A stretch of 64,000 nt of DNA from Elusimicrobiota bacterium (GCA_027452025.1 DAIDHI010000080.1:58-64057), one strand, 5' to 3'; positions 23,735-34,005 are shown, counted from the first letter of the stretch. Numbers and translations are program-made. The notes: generated by a model not told the origin, from the sequence alone.

Positions 23735-24478
23735 ATGGTCCCGATCGGCGCGGTGCGGCGTTATCTGGACGCGATGTCGTTTCGCCTCAAGCAGGCCGAG
23801 GAGCGCGCCCAATGGAACGCGTTTCCTTTCGTGACGATCTCCCGCCGCGCGGGGGCGGGCGGCCGCAGCCTGGCCGCGGCGCTCGAGGGCGAGATGCGCT
23901 CGCGCAGCCGCGATGACCCCGCTCTATTCCTCGACTGGCACGTCTTCGACGAGACCCTCCTGCGGCTGCTCACGGAGCATCCGGGCTCCAAGACCCGCTT
24001 CGAAGAGCTCCTGGCCGAGGAATACCGCTCGAAGGCGCAGGATTACGTGCACCAGCTCCTCACGGGCGGCCCGCCCCAGGATCTCGTGCTCGCCCGGGTC
24101 TTTCACTCGCTGCGCGCCGTGGCGGGCTTCGGCAAGGCCCTCATCATCGGCCGCAGCGGCGCCTGCCTGACGCGCGACCTGCACAAGGGCGTGCACGTCA
24201 GGCTGGTCGGCAGCGAGAAGCCGTGCGTGGACCGGCTCAGGGAGCGTTACGGCCTCGACGAAGGCGAAGCCCGCCGGCGCCGGCTCCAGCTCGACGCCTC
24301 CCGCGCCAGGCTCGTCGCGGCGTATTTCGAGCGCGACATCGACGACCCGCTGCTTTACGACTGCGTCTGGAACACCGATCGCGTCTCCTTCGAGGAGATC
24401 GCGCGGGCGGTTTGCGACCGTGTGGAGGAGAAGGCGCGGGCCTACTCGGTCAGCCAGCGCGCCGCTTCGAGCGCGTAA
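23735..24478 (+). CDS. cytidylate-kinase-like family protein (AAA/P-loop-like)
   Basis: [13 protein letters not shown] Walker-A-like. Overall similarity to the cytidylate kinase-like family. Confidence 0.55.
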   Translation: MVPIGAVRRYLDAMSFRLKQAEERAQWNAFPFVTISRRAGAGGRSLAAALEGEMRSRSRDDPALFLDWHVFDETLLRLLTEHPGSKTRFEELLAEEYRSKAQDYVHQLLTGGPPQDLVLARVFHSLRAVAGFGKALIIGRSGACLTRDLHKGVHVRLVGSEKPCVDRLRERYGLDEGEARRRRLQLDASRARLVAAYFERDIDDPLLYDCVWNTDRVSFEEIARAVCDRVEEKARAYSVSQRAASSA

Positions 24479-25416
24479 TAGGTGAGGATGAAGTCCGCCC
24501 CGGCGCGCTTGATCGAGCCGAGGGCTTCCAGGGCGATCTTTTTCTCGTCGATCCAGCCGTTCTTGGCGGCCGCCTTGATCATGGAGAACTCGCCCGAGAC
24601 CTGGTAGGCCGACGTGGGCAGGCCGAAGCGCTCGCGCACGGCGGCCAGCACGTCGAGGTAAGGCAGAGCCGGCTTGACCATGATCATGTCCGCGCCCTCC
24701 TCCACGTCGAGGGCGGCCTCGCGCAGGGCCTCGCGGAAATTGCCCGGGTCCATTTGATAGGTCGAGCGGTCGCCGAACTGCGGCGGAGACTCGGCGGCGT
24801 CTCGGAAAGGGCCGTAGAAGGCGCTGGCGTACTTGGCCGCGTAGGCGAGGATCGGCGTGTCGGCGAATCCCGCGCAGTCCAGCGCCCGCCTGATCGCCGC
24901 CACCTGCCCGTCCATCATACCCGAGGGCGCCACGACGTCGAAGCCGGCCTGGGCCTGGGAGACGGCCGTCTTGGCCGCCAGCTCCAGCGTCGGATCGTTG
25001 AGGACGCGGCCCTTCTCCACGATGCCGCAGTGCCCGTGATCGGTGTATTCGCAAAAGCAGAGATCGGCGATGACGCAAAGCTCCGGATGCCGGTCCTTGA
25101 CCGCGCGCGCCGCGCGCTGGACGATGCCGTCCTTGGCATAGGCGCCGCTGGCCTTGGCGTCCTTCTTGTCCGGGATGCCGAAGAGGATGACGGCCGGAAT
25201 CCCCAGCTTGACGACGGCGTCGGCCGCCTTGACGGCCTCGTCGACGGAATACTGGAAGTGGCCCGGCATGGACGCGATCGGCCGCTTTTCGCTCTTGCCG
25301 GGGCGCACGAAGAGCGGAAGGACGAAGTCCGTCGGGTGCAGGCGAGTCTCGCGCACCAGGCGCCGCAGGGCGGCAGCCGCGCGCAGGCGGCGCGGGCGAG
25401 TCGTGGGAAAGGCCAT
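24442..25416 (-). CDS. hemB: porphobilinogen synthase (delta-aminolevulinic acid dehydratase)
   Basis: RPRRLR...[12 protein letters not shown]-terminus. Active-site lysines region (MVKPA). 324 aa. Confidence 0.9.
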   Translation of the reverse strand: MAFPTTRPRRLRAAAALRRLVRETRLHPTDFVLPLFVRPGKSEKRPIASMPGHFQYSVDEAVKAADAVVKLGIPAVILFGIPDKKDAKASGAYAKDGIVQRAARAVKDRHPELCVIADLCFCEYTDHGHCGIVEKGRVLNDPTLELAAKTAVSQAQAGFDVVAPSGMMDGQVAAIRRALDCAGFADTPILAYAAKYASAFYGPFRDAAESPPQFGDRSTYQMDPGNFREALREAALDVEEGADMIMVKPALPYLDVLAAVRERFGLPTSAYQVSGEFSMIKAAAKNGWIDEKKIALEALGSIKRAGADFILTYYALEAARWLTE

Positions 25417-25436
25417 CTCGCCGTCATTTTACTATA

Positions 25437-26876
25437 ATGGTCCGCCCCATGAAAGAAGCCTTCACTTTCCACGATGTCCTCCTTGTCCCGAAGCGCTCCT
25501 CGATCCGCTCGCGCCGCGACGTCGACACCTCCGGGCGTTTCTCCAAGAACATCGCCCTGGAATGCCCCATCGTCTCCGCGAACATGGATACGGTCACGGA
25601 GGCGAAGATGGCCATCGCGCTCGCGCAGGCCGGGGGCCTGGGCGTCATCCACCGTTTTCTGACGATCGAGGAGCAGGTGGCCGAGGTGGCCAAGGTCAAG
25701 CGCGCCGAGAACATCGTCATCGAGAAGCCTTACACGGTGGGGCCCGACAACAGCGTGGATTTCGCCAGGCGCCTGATGGCCGAGCAGGAGGTTGGCGGCC
25801 TGCTGGTCGTCGACGCCGGGCAAAAGCTGCTGGGCATCGTCACCTCGCGCGACCTGCAGTTCCAAAAAGACGACACCCTCCCGATCAAGCGCGTAATGTC
25901 CAAGAAGCTCGTCACCGGCAAGGTCGGCCTGGACCTCGAGGAAGCCCAGGATATCCTGCGCGAGCACAAGATCGAGAAGCTTCCTCTCATCGACAAGGAC
26001 GGCAAGCTCGCCGGCCTCATCACCGCCAAGGACATCCGCAAGAAGAAGCACCATCCGCACGCCTCCAAGGACAAGAAGGGGCGGCTGATGGCCGGCGCCG
26101 CGGTGGGGGTCGTCGGGGATTTCATGGAGCGCTCCTCCGCGCTCATCGCGGCCGGCGCCGACGTCCTGGTCGTCGACGTGGCGCACGGCCATGCCGACCA
26201 CGTCATCGACGTCGTCAGGAAGATCAAGCGCAAGTGGCCGGGCGCGGAACTGGTGGCCGGAAACGTGGCGACTTACGAGGGCGCCAAGGACCTGGCCGGC
26301 GCCGGCGCCGACGGCGTCAAGGTAGGCGTCGGGCCGGGCTCGATCTGCAGCACCCGCATCGTCTCCGGCTCGGGGCTGCCGCAGCTCTCCGCCGTCATGG
26401 AGTGCGCCAAGATCACCCGCGAGCGCGGCATCCCGGTCTGCGCCGACGGCGGCATCCGGGACTCCGGAGACATCGCCAAGGCCCTGGCCGCGGGAGCTTC
26501 CTGCGTCATGCTCGGCTCTCTTTTTGCCGGCACCGAGGAAAGCCCGGGCTGGACCGTGGTGCGCGACGGAGCACGCTACAAGGTCTACCGGGGCATGGCC
26601 TCCCTGGGAGCGACGTTGTCGCGCAAGCGCAAGGAGCGCTCCGACGACGAGCTGGATCCCATCGAAGTGGCCGAGGTCGTGCCCGAGGGGGTGGAGTCCA
26701 TGGCGCCCTTCAAGGGTCCGGTGGCCGACGTGCTCTACCAGCTCCAGGGCGGCCTTCGCTCCGGCATGAGCTACTCCGGGGCGCGCACGCTCAAGGAGTT
26801 CTGGGACAACTCGGAGTTCGTCCGGATCACCGCCGCCGCTTGGGCGGAGTCGCGGCCGCATCATCTCGACCGCTGA
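25437..26876 (+). CDS. guaB: IMP dehydrogenase
   Basis: [14 protein letters not shown]-terminus, CBS pair, catalytic loop [11 protein letters not shown]. Confidence 0.9.
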   Translation: MVRPMKEAFTFHDVLLVPKRSSIRSRRDVDTSGRFSKNIALECPIVSANMDTVTEAKMAIALAQAGGLGVIHRFLTIEEQVAEVAKVKRAENIVIEKPYTVGPDNSVDFARRLMAEQEVGGLLVVDAGQKLLGIVTSRDLQFQKDDTLPIKRVMSKKLVTGKVGLDLEEAQDILREHKIEKLPLIDKDGKLAGLITAKDIRKKKHHPHASKDKKGRLMAGAAVGVVGDFMERSSALIAAGADVLVVDVAHGHADHVIDVVRKIKRKWPGAELVAGNVATYEGAKDLAGAGADGVKVGVGPGSICSTRIVSGSGLPQLSAVMECAKITRERGIPVCADGGIRDSGDIAKALAAGASCVMLGSLFAGTEESPGWTVVRDGARYKVYRGMASLGATLSRKRKERSDDELDPIEVAEVVPEGVESMAPFKGPVADVLYQLQGGLRSGMSYSGARTLKEFWDNSEFVRITAAAWAESRPHHLDR

Positions 26877-28197
26877 AGAGCGGAGAAAGCTCCGGAAACG
26901 CTTCCAGCAGCTGCTCGCCGCGCAAGCGGTCCAGCCTCGCCGTCATCGAGCGCAACGCCTCGAGCTCTCCGCGGCAATCGTCGCGCGAATTCAAAAAGGC
27001 AAGCGCCGACCGAAACGGCGCCGCCGCGGCCTCACCCAAGGGCTCGAGGCGGTCGACGTAGGCCCGGTAAGCATCGATGGCGCGCTCCAGCAGCTCCGGG
27101 CCGAGGACGTGCGCCCGGTAATAGCGCGGCCAGCGCAGGGCTTTGATGCGCATGCCGTCCGCGGCCAGGTAGCCTTTTTCAACCCAGTCGCGGTGAAAAT
27201 TGGGCAGGTGGAGCGCGTTAAAGACGCTCAGCGTCGAGGCCACGGCGAAATCCACCCGGGGGCACTCACGCATGAGGCGCTTGCGGTTGTCCACTATGCC
27301 GTCCCACTTCTGCCCTTTGCGCAGGTACTGCGCCCGCGCGCCCATGGCATCGAGGCTGGCGACAACGCGCACTTCGCGGAACTTCGTCCAATAGCGCAAG
27401 GCGTCCCGGGAGCCCAGGCGCAGCGTGGAAAAGTTGGTCGTGTAGAACAAGGCGACGTCGAAGCGCCTGCGCGACGCCAGGTAGTCGAGGACGTCGTAAT
27501 GCTCGCGGGCCAGAAGAGGCTCTCCCGCGCCGCCGAATTGGATCGTGTGAGCCTCGTCGAGATGCGGCTTGAGGACCTCCAAGAAGCGCGCGCCCCGCGC
27601 CCCGGGCTCGATGAGCCTGGGCCGGGGGACCTTGCCGAGACGCTCGCCCGCCATGGCCGCCAGGTCGGGATACCAGCCCGAGCTGAGCTCGGGGTTGCAG
27701 GTCCGGCAGCTGTAGTTGCAAAGGTTGGAAAAGGTCAGGTGCAGGTAGCGCAGACGGGGATCGCGGAGGCCGCCGTCCTTCCTTGTCTGCGCGACCGCGT
27801 CGAAAAAACCGGAGAACCGGTCGTTGGCCCAATTGCGCATGCTGTACCAGCCGAAGCTCTCATGGGCCTGGCAGCGCTCGCATTGCGCAAGCCTCTTGCC
27901 CGCCAGCATGTCCCGGCGCGCCTTCTTGAGGGTTGGCTGGTTGAGAAAGCCGTCCGCGCGCAGGCCCTCCAAGCGCCCCAGGGACTTGCCTCGCGCGTCC
28001 CAGCGGCAGCACGGCGCCAGCCCCCCGTCGGCGAGGTTGCGCACGGCGAGCCAGGGCAGTATGCAGAAGCCCGGCGCTCGTTTAAGCGCGGCGTCGGGGC
28101 TCAGGCCTTCTTCAGGAGCTTGTTCTTGCAGAGTTGCTCGACCAGTGACCCAATCTCCGCCTCGGCCGCGGCGCCAGACACCTCGAAGAGACCGCAA
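26827..28197 (-). CDS. radical SAM protein with Cys-rich N-terminal domain, no SPASM cysteines
   Basis: CNYSCRTC CX3CX2C motif. N-terminal CILPW...CC...CERC cysteine cluster. N-terminal about 97 nt overlap the upstream PqqD gene in another frame. Confidence 0.7.
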   Translation of the reverse strand: MRSLRGVWRRGRGGDWVTGRATLQEQAPEEGLSPDAALKRAPGFCILPWLAVRNLADGGLAPCCRWDARGKSLGRLEGLRADGFLNQPTLKKARRDMLAGKRLAQCERCQAHESFGWYSMRNWANDRFSGFFDAVAQTRKDGGLRDPRLRYLHLTFSNLCNYSCRTCNPELSSGWYPDLAAMAGERLGKVPRPRLIEPGARGARFLEVLKPHLDEAHTIQFGGAGEPLLAREHYDVLDYLASRRRFDVALFYTTNFSTLRLGSRDALRYWTKFREVRVVASLDAMGARAQYLRKGQKWDGIVDNRKRLMRECPRVDFAVASTLSVFNALHLPNFHRDWVEKGYLAADGMRIKALRWPRYYRAHVLGPELLERAIDAYRAYVDRLEPLGEAAAAPFRSALAFLNSRDDCRGELEALRSMTARLDRLRGEQLLEAFPELSPLFSGRDDAAATPPKRRR

Positions 28198-28373
28198 AGC
28201 TCGTCGCGAGCCTCGGCCAGCGACAGGCCGCGGGTGAGGGAGTCCCAGATGGCCGCGCCCGTCTCATTGAGCGAGAAATAAGCGCTCGTGTCGGTGTCGA
28301 GGATCACCGTCTCTTTATCGACCTTCCTGAAGGCCACGTTATCAGGAATCTGGAACTTGTCGTTGAGCGTCAT
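28101..28373 (-). CDS. PqqD-family peptide chaperone (RiPP recognition element)
   Basis: 90 aa. VDKETVILDTDTSAYFSLNETGAAIWDSL...LVEQLCKNKLL matches the PqqD/RRE fold pattern. Confidence 0.75.
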   Translation of the reverse strand: MTLNDKFQIPDNVAFRKVDKETVILDTDTSAYFSLNETGAAIWDSLTRGLSLAEARDELCGLFEVSGAAAEAEIGSLVEQLCKNKLLKKA

Positions 28374-28385
28374 GTCGACCGGAGT

Positions 28386-29513
28386 CTACCTAAATATGGA
28401 TAACCGCAGGTAGGCCAGCGCGGCCGCCTCCCAGCGATAACGCGGCGAGCGCGCCAAGGCCGCCGCCCCGAGCCGCCGGCGCAAAGGGGCGTCTCGAAGC
28501 AGGCGCTCCAGCCCGGCGGCGAGCGCCGCCGGGTCCTTGGGCGCGACGAGCAGGCCCGTGCGCCCGTCCTGGACTACGTGGGCCAGCCCGCCGACGCGCG
28601 TCGCCAGGACGGGCTTCGCGCAGGCCATGGCTTCGACGGCGGCCATGCCGAATATCTCGAAGCGAGACGGCAGGACGAGGAAAAGGCACCGGCGCATCAA
28701 GGCGCGCAAGGCGGGGCGCTCGACGAGGCCTAAAAACCGCACGCGCCGGCCAAGGCCCAGCTTGGCGGCCAGCGACTGGAAATAGCCGTCGAAATGATCC
28801 GGGCCGCAGAGCACGAGCGTAACCCCGGGGAATCGCGCGCACACATCGCGCCAGGCGAGCAGCAGCAGGTCGATGCCTTTGTAGTAGTGAAGCCGCGCCG
28901 CGCAAAGGATGAAGCGCGAGCCCGCAGGCAGCGGAAGCGGCGCCGGGCGGCCCCGAAACTCGCCGGGGTCGAAGCCCGACGGCACGACGGCGACGCGGCG
29001 CGAGGCTCCGTCCGTGCGGCGGATGTCCTCGGCCACCGAGGGCGAGATCACGGTGACCCAGGCCGCGCGCCGAAACGCTTCGTCGAGAAGCCGCCAGCGC
29101 CGGCCGCGCTGAGGACGCTCGCCGGTGACCCGGTCCCAGGAATGAAAGGTCAGGCCTACGGGCACGCGGCGCGCCGAGCAGGCCCGCCAAAGCGCCGTGA
29201 GCTGGTTGTCTCGGAAGCAGCGCATGACGTGAAGATGGATCATGTCGGGCCGGAAGTCCGCGAGGGCCGAGGACAGCTGCGCGAAGATGCGCCGGCCGCG
29301 CCGGCGACGCTGCGAGCCGTTGCCCCCGAGGCGCCAGAAGCGGCCCCAGGGCCTGTCCTCGAAAAACGGCAGCCGCGCGCCGGGCGCCAACTGCGCCGCG
29401 GCGGCGACCGGGCAGCCGAGCTTGGCATAACCCGCGGCGAGGCCTGCGATGGTGGACTCGGCCGTCGGATCGCCGGCGAGGAACTCGGCGCAGATGAAAA
29501 CGCGGGGCCGGGC
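28386..29513 (-). CDS. glycosyltransferase family 1 (start codon unresolved)
   Basis: C-terminal GT1 (GT-B) signature ILCAARLHYYKGIDLLL...EIFGMAAVEAMACAKPVLATRVGG. Frame is open far upstream with no canonical start near the domain N-terminus. Confidence 0.55.
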   Translation of the reverse strand, partial: ARPRVFICAEFLAGDPTAESTIAGLAAGYAKLGCPVAAAAQLAPGARLPFFEDRPWGRFWRLGGNGSQRRRRGRRIFAQLSSALADFRPDMIHLHVMRCFRDNQLTALWRACSARRVPVGLTFHSWDRVTGERPQRGRRWRLLDEAFRRAAWVTVISPSVAEDIRRTDGASRRVAVVPSGFDPGEFRGRPAPLPLPAGSRFILCAARLHYYKGIDLLLLAWRDVCARFPGVTLVLCGPDHFDGYFQSLAAKLGLGRRVRFLGLVERPALRALMRRCLFLVLPSRFEIFGMAAVEAMACAKPVLATRVGGLAHVVQDGRTGLLVAPKDPAALAAGLERLLRDAPLRRRLGAAALARSPRYRWEAAALAYLRLSIFR

Positions 29514-29635
29514 TAGGGGAGGACGGCCAGGGCGATGCCGGCCTGCGTGGCCAAATAGGTCAACGCGCCGTGGACCACCAGCACCGGCTTGAGCCAAGGG
29601 CGCCTCTTGCGCTTCTTGTCCTTTCCCTTGGCCAT
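29513..29635 (-). CDS. small ORF (40 aa) with Lys-rich N-terminus and one hydrophobic segment, not in ORF track
   Basis: MAKGKDKKRKRRPWLKPVLVVHGALTYLATQAGIALAVLP. Lies between GT2 stop and GT1 domain. Confidence 0.3.
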   Translation of the reverse strand: MAKGKDKKRKRRPWLKPVLVVHGALTYLATQAGIALAVLP

Positions 29636-29653
29636 CCTCGGAATTAAAGCAGG

Positions 29654-30622
29654 TCACGGGGCCCCTGTCAACGCCAGGACGCCTCGCAGAGCGGGAGAGG
29701 CGAAATAAGGGTGCGCCGCGGCGCGCGAAAGCCACTCGCGCGCCCGCGGCCCGTCGCCGCTTTTGAGGCAGAGACCGGCCATCGCCGCGTAGAACTGCGC
29801 CGGCGCGGGATGTCCCTTGACGGCCTCGGCGTAGCGCCTGATGGCCAGGTCGAAGCGTCCGGCGGCGGCGTGCCGGGCCGCCAGCCACTCCGCGCGGTCC
29901 CAAGGGTGGCTGTCGGGCAGCGGAAAGCGCGCGAGACGAGAGCCCCATTTCTCGAAGAACTTCAAGCGCGCCGCCCCGGAGTCCGGATTGCGCCGCAGAT
30001 GGTCGTGGATCACGGCGCTGCCGCCGTGATAGAGGACGGCGAGCCCCTTCAAGCGAGCCCTCAGGCAATAGTCGAGGTCCTCGAACTGGCAAGGGAAGAA
30101 CCTCTCGTCGAACGGACCGACGCGCGAAAACAGCGAGCGGCGCATGAGCCAGCAGGCGCCGATCACGCTTTCGCAGCGGCGGGTGTAGTCGCGCTGGCCC
30201 AGGTCGCGCTCTTCCTCCCCGGCGTTGCGGCTCCACGGAGAGCCCATCTCCGCGGCGTTGATCGTGCCGTCCGGCCGCGCCACCTTGCAGCCGACGATGA
30301 CGGCCTTACGGTCGCCCTCGGCGGCCCGGAGCATCCCTTCCAGCCAGCCAGCCGTGGCGCGGGCATCGTCATCGAGCAGGACCACCCAATCAGAGCGGAG
30401 TCGCCCGCGGACGGCGTTGACGGCGCCGGAAAATCCCAGGTTGCGGCGGTGGCGAACCGCCTCGACGTCGGCGCCTCGCAGCCACGACGCCGTTCCGTCG
30501 CGGGAGGCGTTGTCGACGATGATCAGCCGGTGCGGGACGGCCCGCGTGTGGCGTCGGACCGATTGCACGCACGACGCCAGAGCCCGTCTGGCGTCGTGCG
30601 TGACCACGACGATGTCGATCAT
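29654..30622 (-). CDS. glycosyltransferase family 2
   Basis: IDIVVVTHDA...LIIVDNASRDGT GT-A N-terminus. DxD region. Confidence 0.8.
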   Translation of the reverse strand: MIDIVVVTHDARRALASCVQSVRRHTRAVPHRLIIVDNASRDGTASWLRGADVEAVRHRRNLGFSGAVNAVRGRLRSDWVVLLDDDARATAGWLEGMLRAAEGDRKAVIVGCKVARPDGTINAAEMGSPWSRNAGEEERDLGQRDYTRRCESVIGACWLMRRSLFSRVGPFDERFFPCQFEDLDYCLRARLKGLAVLYHGGSAVIHDHLRRNPDSGAARLKFFEKWGSRLARFPLPDSHPWDRAEWLAARHAAAGRFDLAIRRYAEAVKGHPAPAQFYAAMAGLCLKSGDGPRAREWLSRAAAHPYFASPALRGVLALTGAP

Positions 30623-30629
30623 CGGCTCC

Positions 30630-32612
30630 TCAGCTGGCCGCGGCGGAAAACGCGGCGAAATCGCTCATGCGAGGCATCTTGCGCACATAGGCGACGGCCT
30701 GCATCCGGTCGAGCGCGAGGCGCTGGGCGACCGGCAGGCTCGACATGGGCATGGCCAGGAAAAGGAAAGAGTCGTCCTCTTCGAAGACCCAGCGCCGCTT
30801 GACGAGGTCTGCGAGCGCCCGGCGCACGCGCTTGGCCGAGCAGCGGGGAAACTTTTCTTGGCAGGCCCGCAGGACGCCGGGGAAGGGACGGATCTCGTCG
30901 CAGGCTTCCAGGATCGCGGCCTCAAGGCCCGTGACCAGGCGCTGCCGGTGCTCGATGCGCCGGGAAAGCCCGAGCGGACGCGAGTCGTAGACCTCCATGA
31001 AGCCGAGGCCCTTGCGATAGGCGAAATAGTTCTTCTGGTAGATCCGCTGCCAATGGTCGAATATCGGGCGTATCACGGGCTCGGCGTAGTCAGCCGGATC
31101 CGGCTGCCCTTCGACGCTCGGCGCCTCGAAGAAGTAGGCGATCTCGCCGCGCTTGAAGCGCGGCTCTGGGTAGAGGAAACGGTATTCCTCCATAGGCACG
31201 GGCTCCCGCAGCCCGAAGCGCCGCCAGTCGAAGTAGTAGGGGCTGAAGCGGTCGACCCGGATGACGTGGGCGTAAAACGGCGGCTGCAGGTGCGTCGCCG
31301 CCGCCATCGTATCGGCGATCCTGCGGTACTCGTCGGGCGACTCGCCGGGAAAGCCCCACAGCATCCCCCACGTCAGCTGAATGCGGCCCGCGCAGGCCTT
31401 GAGCGCCTGGAGGTTTTGGATGGTCTTGACGCCCTTGCGCATCAGCTTGAGGACGGGCGTGCTGAAGCTCTCGATGCCCGCTTGGATCGCCAGGATTCCG
31501 GCCTCGTGAAGAGTCTCGATCTGGGCCGCCGTCAAGTTCGCCTTGGTCTCGAAAAAAACGTGCCACTCGAGCTTGTGCTTCTTGCGAAACTCCGCCAGGA
31601 CGGCGGTGAGGCTGGTGAGGTGCTCCACGCTCAGGATGTTGTCGCAGGCATGCAGCCGGTAGGTCTTGTATCTCTCGAAGAGGAAGGCGATCTCGGCGGC
31701 GACGGCCTGCGCCGGCTTGGCGCGGAACGTCATGCCGTCGCGGTTGAGCCCGCAGAACGTGCAGTGCTGCTTCTGCCCCCACCAGCATCCGCGGGAGGCC
31801 TCGAAAGTCACCTGCGGCGAGACCCACGATGCCATGCCCGAGGCCTCAAGCTCACGGAAATAGTCGTCGTGGTCGGGAACTGGCACGCGGCGCATGTCGG
31901 CCAGGCGCGTCTCAGCGGGGTTTCGGGAGACGACGCCCTCGCCTGTCCGCGCCGAGACATGCGGCATCCCCTTCGGGAGCCGGCCGGAGCGGATGTGCCG
32001 CAGCAGCGCCGGAAACGCCTCCTCGGCCTCGCCTTCGACGACGTAGTCGACCCACTCGCAGCCCTTGAGCGTCGCCACCCCCATCTCGCCGTCGCAATTG
32101 GCTCCGCCGAGGACGATCGTCGTTTTCGGATGCTTGCGCTTGATGAGGCGGGCCAGCGCCAGAGAGGCGATGTGATTGTGGAACATGCTGCTGAAGCCGA
32201 CGACGTCGTAGCGCCCCCAGGGGACGTCGGCCAGGCAATGCTCGAGGAAAGCCGGCACGTCGTCGCGCACGAGCCTGCGCAGGCGCTCGCGCGGAAATTT
32301 TCCAAGGTTCTTGGCGAACACGGGCTCGGCGAGGACGTCCTCGAGCTCGTCAGGCAGCTCCTTGAGGCCGCCCGGGCCGAAAAGATGATAGGCGAAGGCC
32401 CACTGCGCGAAATGCCCGTAGGGAGCGAGCGCGAAGGCGTCGAGAAGGTCGTCGGCCCACCGGCCGAAGCGCAAGTTGAGGTAGTGGACGTCGCAAGGCA
32501 TCCCTTCACGCGCGAGGACGCTTTTGAGCACGCCGACTCCGAGCGGAGGCCGGTCGGGCGCGGCCCAAGGCATGACGACCAAGGCGACGCGGAGGCTGCG
32601 CGGTTTGGACAT
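30630..32612 (-). CDS. B12-binding domain radical SAM protein
   Basis: N-terminal B12-binding-like domain (LRVALVVMPWAAPDRPPLGVGVL). Radical SAM core with CWWGQKQHCTFC. Start moved to MSKPRSL because the upstream part of the long ORF would overlap the divergent oxygenase gene. Confidence 0.8.
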   Translation of the reverse strand: MSKPRSLRVALVVMPWAAPDRPPLGVGVLKSVLAREGMPCDVHYLNLRFGRWADDLLDAFALAPYGHFAQWAFAYHLFGPGGLKELPDELEDVLAEPVFAKNLGKFPRERLRRLVRDDVPAFLEHCLADVPWGRYDVVGFSSMFHNHIASLALARLIKRKHPKTTIVLGGANCDGEMGVATLKGCEWVDYVVEGEAEEAFPALLRHIRSGRLPKGMPHVSARTGEGVVSRNPAETRLADMRRVPVPDHDDYFRELEASGMASWVSPQVTFEASRGCWWGQKQHCTFCGLNRDGMTFRAKPAQAVAAEIAFLFERYKTYRLHACDNILSVEHLTSLTAVLAEFRKKHKLEWHVFFETKANLTAAQIETLHEAGILAIQAGIESFSTPVLKLMRKGVKTIQNLQALKACAGRIQLTWGMLWGFPGESPDEYRRIADTMAAATHLQPPFYAHVIRVDRFSPYYFDWRRFGLREPVPMEEYRFLYPEPRFKRGEIAYFFEAPSVEGQPDPADYAEPVIRPIFDHWQRIYQKNYFAYRKGLGFMEVYDSRPLGLSRRIEHRQRLVTGLEAAILEACDEIRPFPGVLRACQEKFPRCSAKRVRRALADLVKRRWVFEEDDSFLFLAMPMSSLPVAQRLALDRMQAVAYVRKMPRMSDFAAFSAAAS

Positions 32613-32657
32613 TTTGTTGCAAGGGGACGTCGCTGAAGTATTATAGTATATCGCCCT

Positions 32658-33209
32658 ATGGAGATCGTCGAGGAAGCCAGCGATATTTTCAGCTTTCAGC
32701 TCCTCTCGCCGAGCTATTGCCAAAAACTCGTCCGGTGGGCTTCGCGGGACCTCCGGTGGAATCGCGGGCGCGTGTACGCCGGTCCGCGGCGCCTGCAGGA
32801 CGCCGCCTCCCGCCGCTGCCTGGAGCGCACGGTCGCCGGCCTGCCCCCTCCCTGGAACGAGCTGGCGCAGGCTTGCCGCGAAAAGGCGCTTTCCGCGGCG
32901 CGGCTGTGCTGGCGCGAGCGCTTCAGGCGGCTGACCGGAGCGCGTCTGGTGCGCTACGACCCCGGCGGCTATTTCAAGATGCATTGCGACTTCCTCCCCA
33001 GCCTGCGGGTCAAGCCGCGCTTCCTGAGCCTGGTCTGCTATCTCAACGAAGACTTCTCGGGCGGGCGCACGGCCTTCCCGCGGCAAGCCCACGACATCGT
33101 CCCAAAGACCGGGAAAGCCGTCCTCTTCCCGTCCTCGATCACGCACCCTCACGAAGCCCAGGCCGTCCGAGAGGGGACCCGCTACGTGATCGTGGCCTGG
33201 GTCGAATGA
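32658..33209 (+). CDS. 2OG-Fe(II) oxygenase (prolyl-4-hydroxylase-like)
   Basis: YFKMHCDF ... ITHPHEA His-x-Asp...His facial triad spacing. RYVIVAWV. Confidence 0.75.
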   Translation: MEIVEEASDIFSFQLLSPSYCQKLVRWASRDLRWNRGRVYAGPRRLQDAASRRCLERTVAGLPPPWNELAQACREKALSAARLCWRERFRRLTGARLVRYDPGGYFKMHCDFLPSLRVKPRFLSLVCYLNEDFSGGRTAFPRQAHDIVPKTGKAVLFPSSITHPHEAQAVREGTRYVIVAWVE

Positions 33210-33964
33210 GGGGCCGCCGCCCCGCGGTCTGCGTCGTCATCCCGACCTTCGACCGCATCGAGTTCCTCAAGCCCTGCCTGGAGTCCGTCTACGCGCAGAC
33301 GTTTCGCGGCTTCGAAATCGTCGTCGTGGACGACGGCTCGACCGACGGCACGGCGCGCTGGCTTGCCTCGCGGCGGCTGCCGCGCCTGACCTTGCTGCGC
33401 AACGCGCGCAACCGCGGCCCGGCCAGAGCCCGCAACCGCGCCCTCGCCGCGGCTTCGGCGCAGCTCTTGGCGTTCCTCGATTCGGATGACCTCTGGCGGC
33501 CCGGCTATCTGGACGCGATGACGCGCGCCTTTCGCGATCCGGGCATCGTGGCCGCGTTCTCGGGCTACGACCGCATCGACGAGCGCGGACGCCTGCGCCG
33601 CGGCGCCGGGCGCCCGCGCCGCAACCTGGCCCTGGAGGCGGTCGCGGGCCTCGAGACCCCGCCGCCGCCCTCGACGATGGTCATCCGAAGGCAGGCCTGC
33701 CGAGAGCTCGGCGGCTTCGACGAGCGCTTCGGACGGGTAAACGAGGACATCGACTTCCTGCTGCGCGCGGGCCTGCGCTACGGACCCGCCTCCTTCCGCC
33801 TCCAGCCGCGCAAGCTTGTCTTGCGCCGGCGTCATGGCGGCCAGATCAGCCGCCGCCTGCAAATCGAGCCTCTCGACACCGCCTGGCTCAACCTCAAGCA
33901 TCGCTGGTGGCTCGAGCTCCTGGCCGAAGGCGCTGGGCCCGGGCCCAGCGCGCTTAGGCCCTAA
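33205..33964 (+). CDS. glycosyltransferase family 2
   Basis: VCVVIPTFDRIEFLKPCLESV...VVVDDGSTDGT. ATGA overlap with the oxygenase stop. Confidence 0.8.
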
Positions 33965-34005
33965 GCCCCTGGGGCGCGCGGCGTGTTGCCGTTAAAATAG
34001 TCCAG

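Noticed and set aside
24915-27061. Long ORFs (649 aa minus, 635 aa plus) across hemB-guaB
   Set aside because: Arg-rich junk translations overlapping conserved hemB and guaB.
30225-32636. 803-aa plus-strand ORF antisense to B12-radical SAM
   Set aside because: GC-frame artefact. The minus strand has B12-binding and radical SAM motifs.
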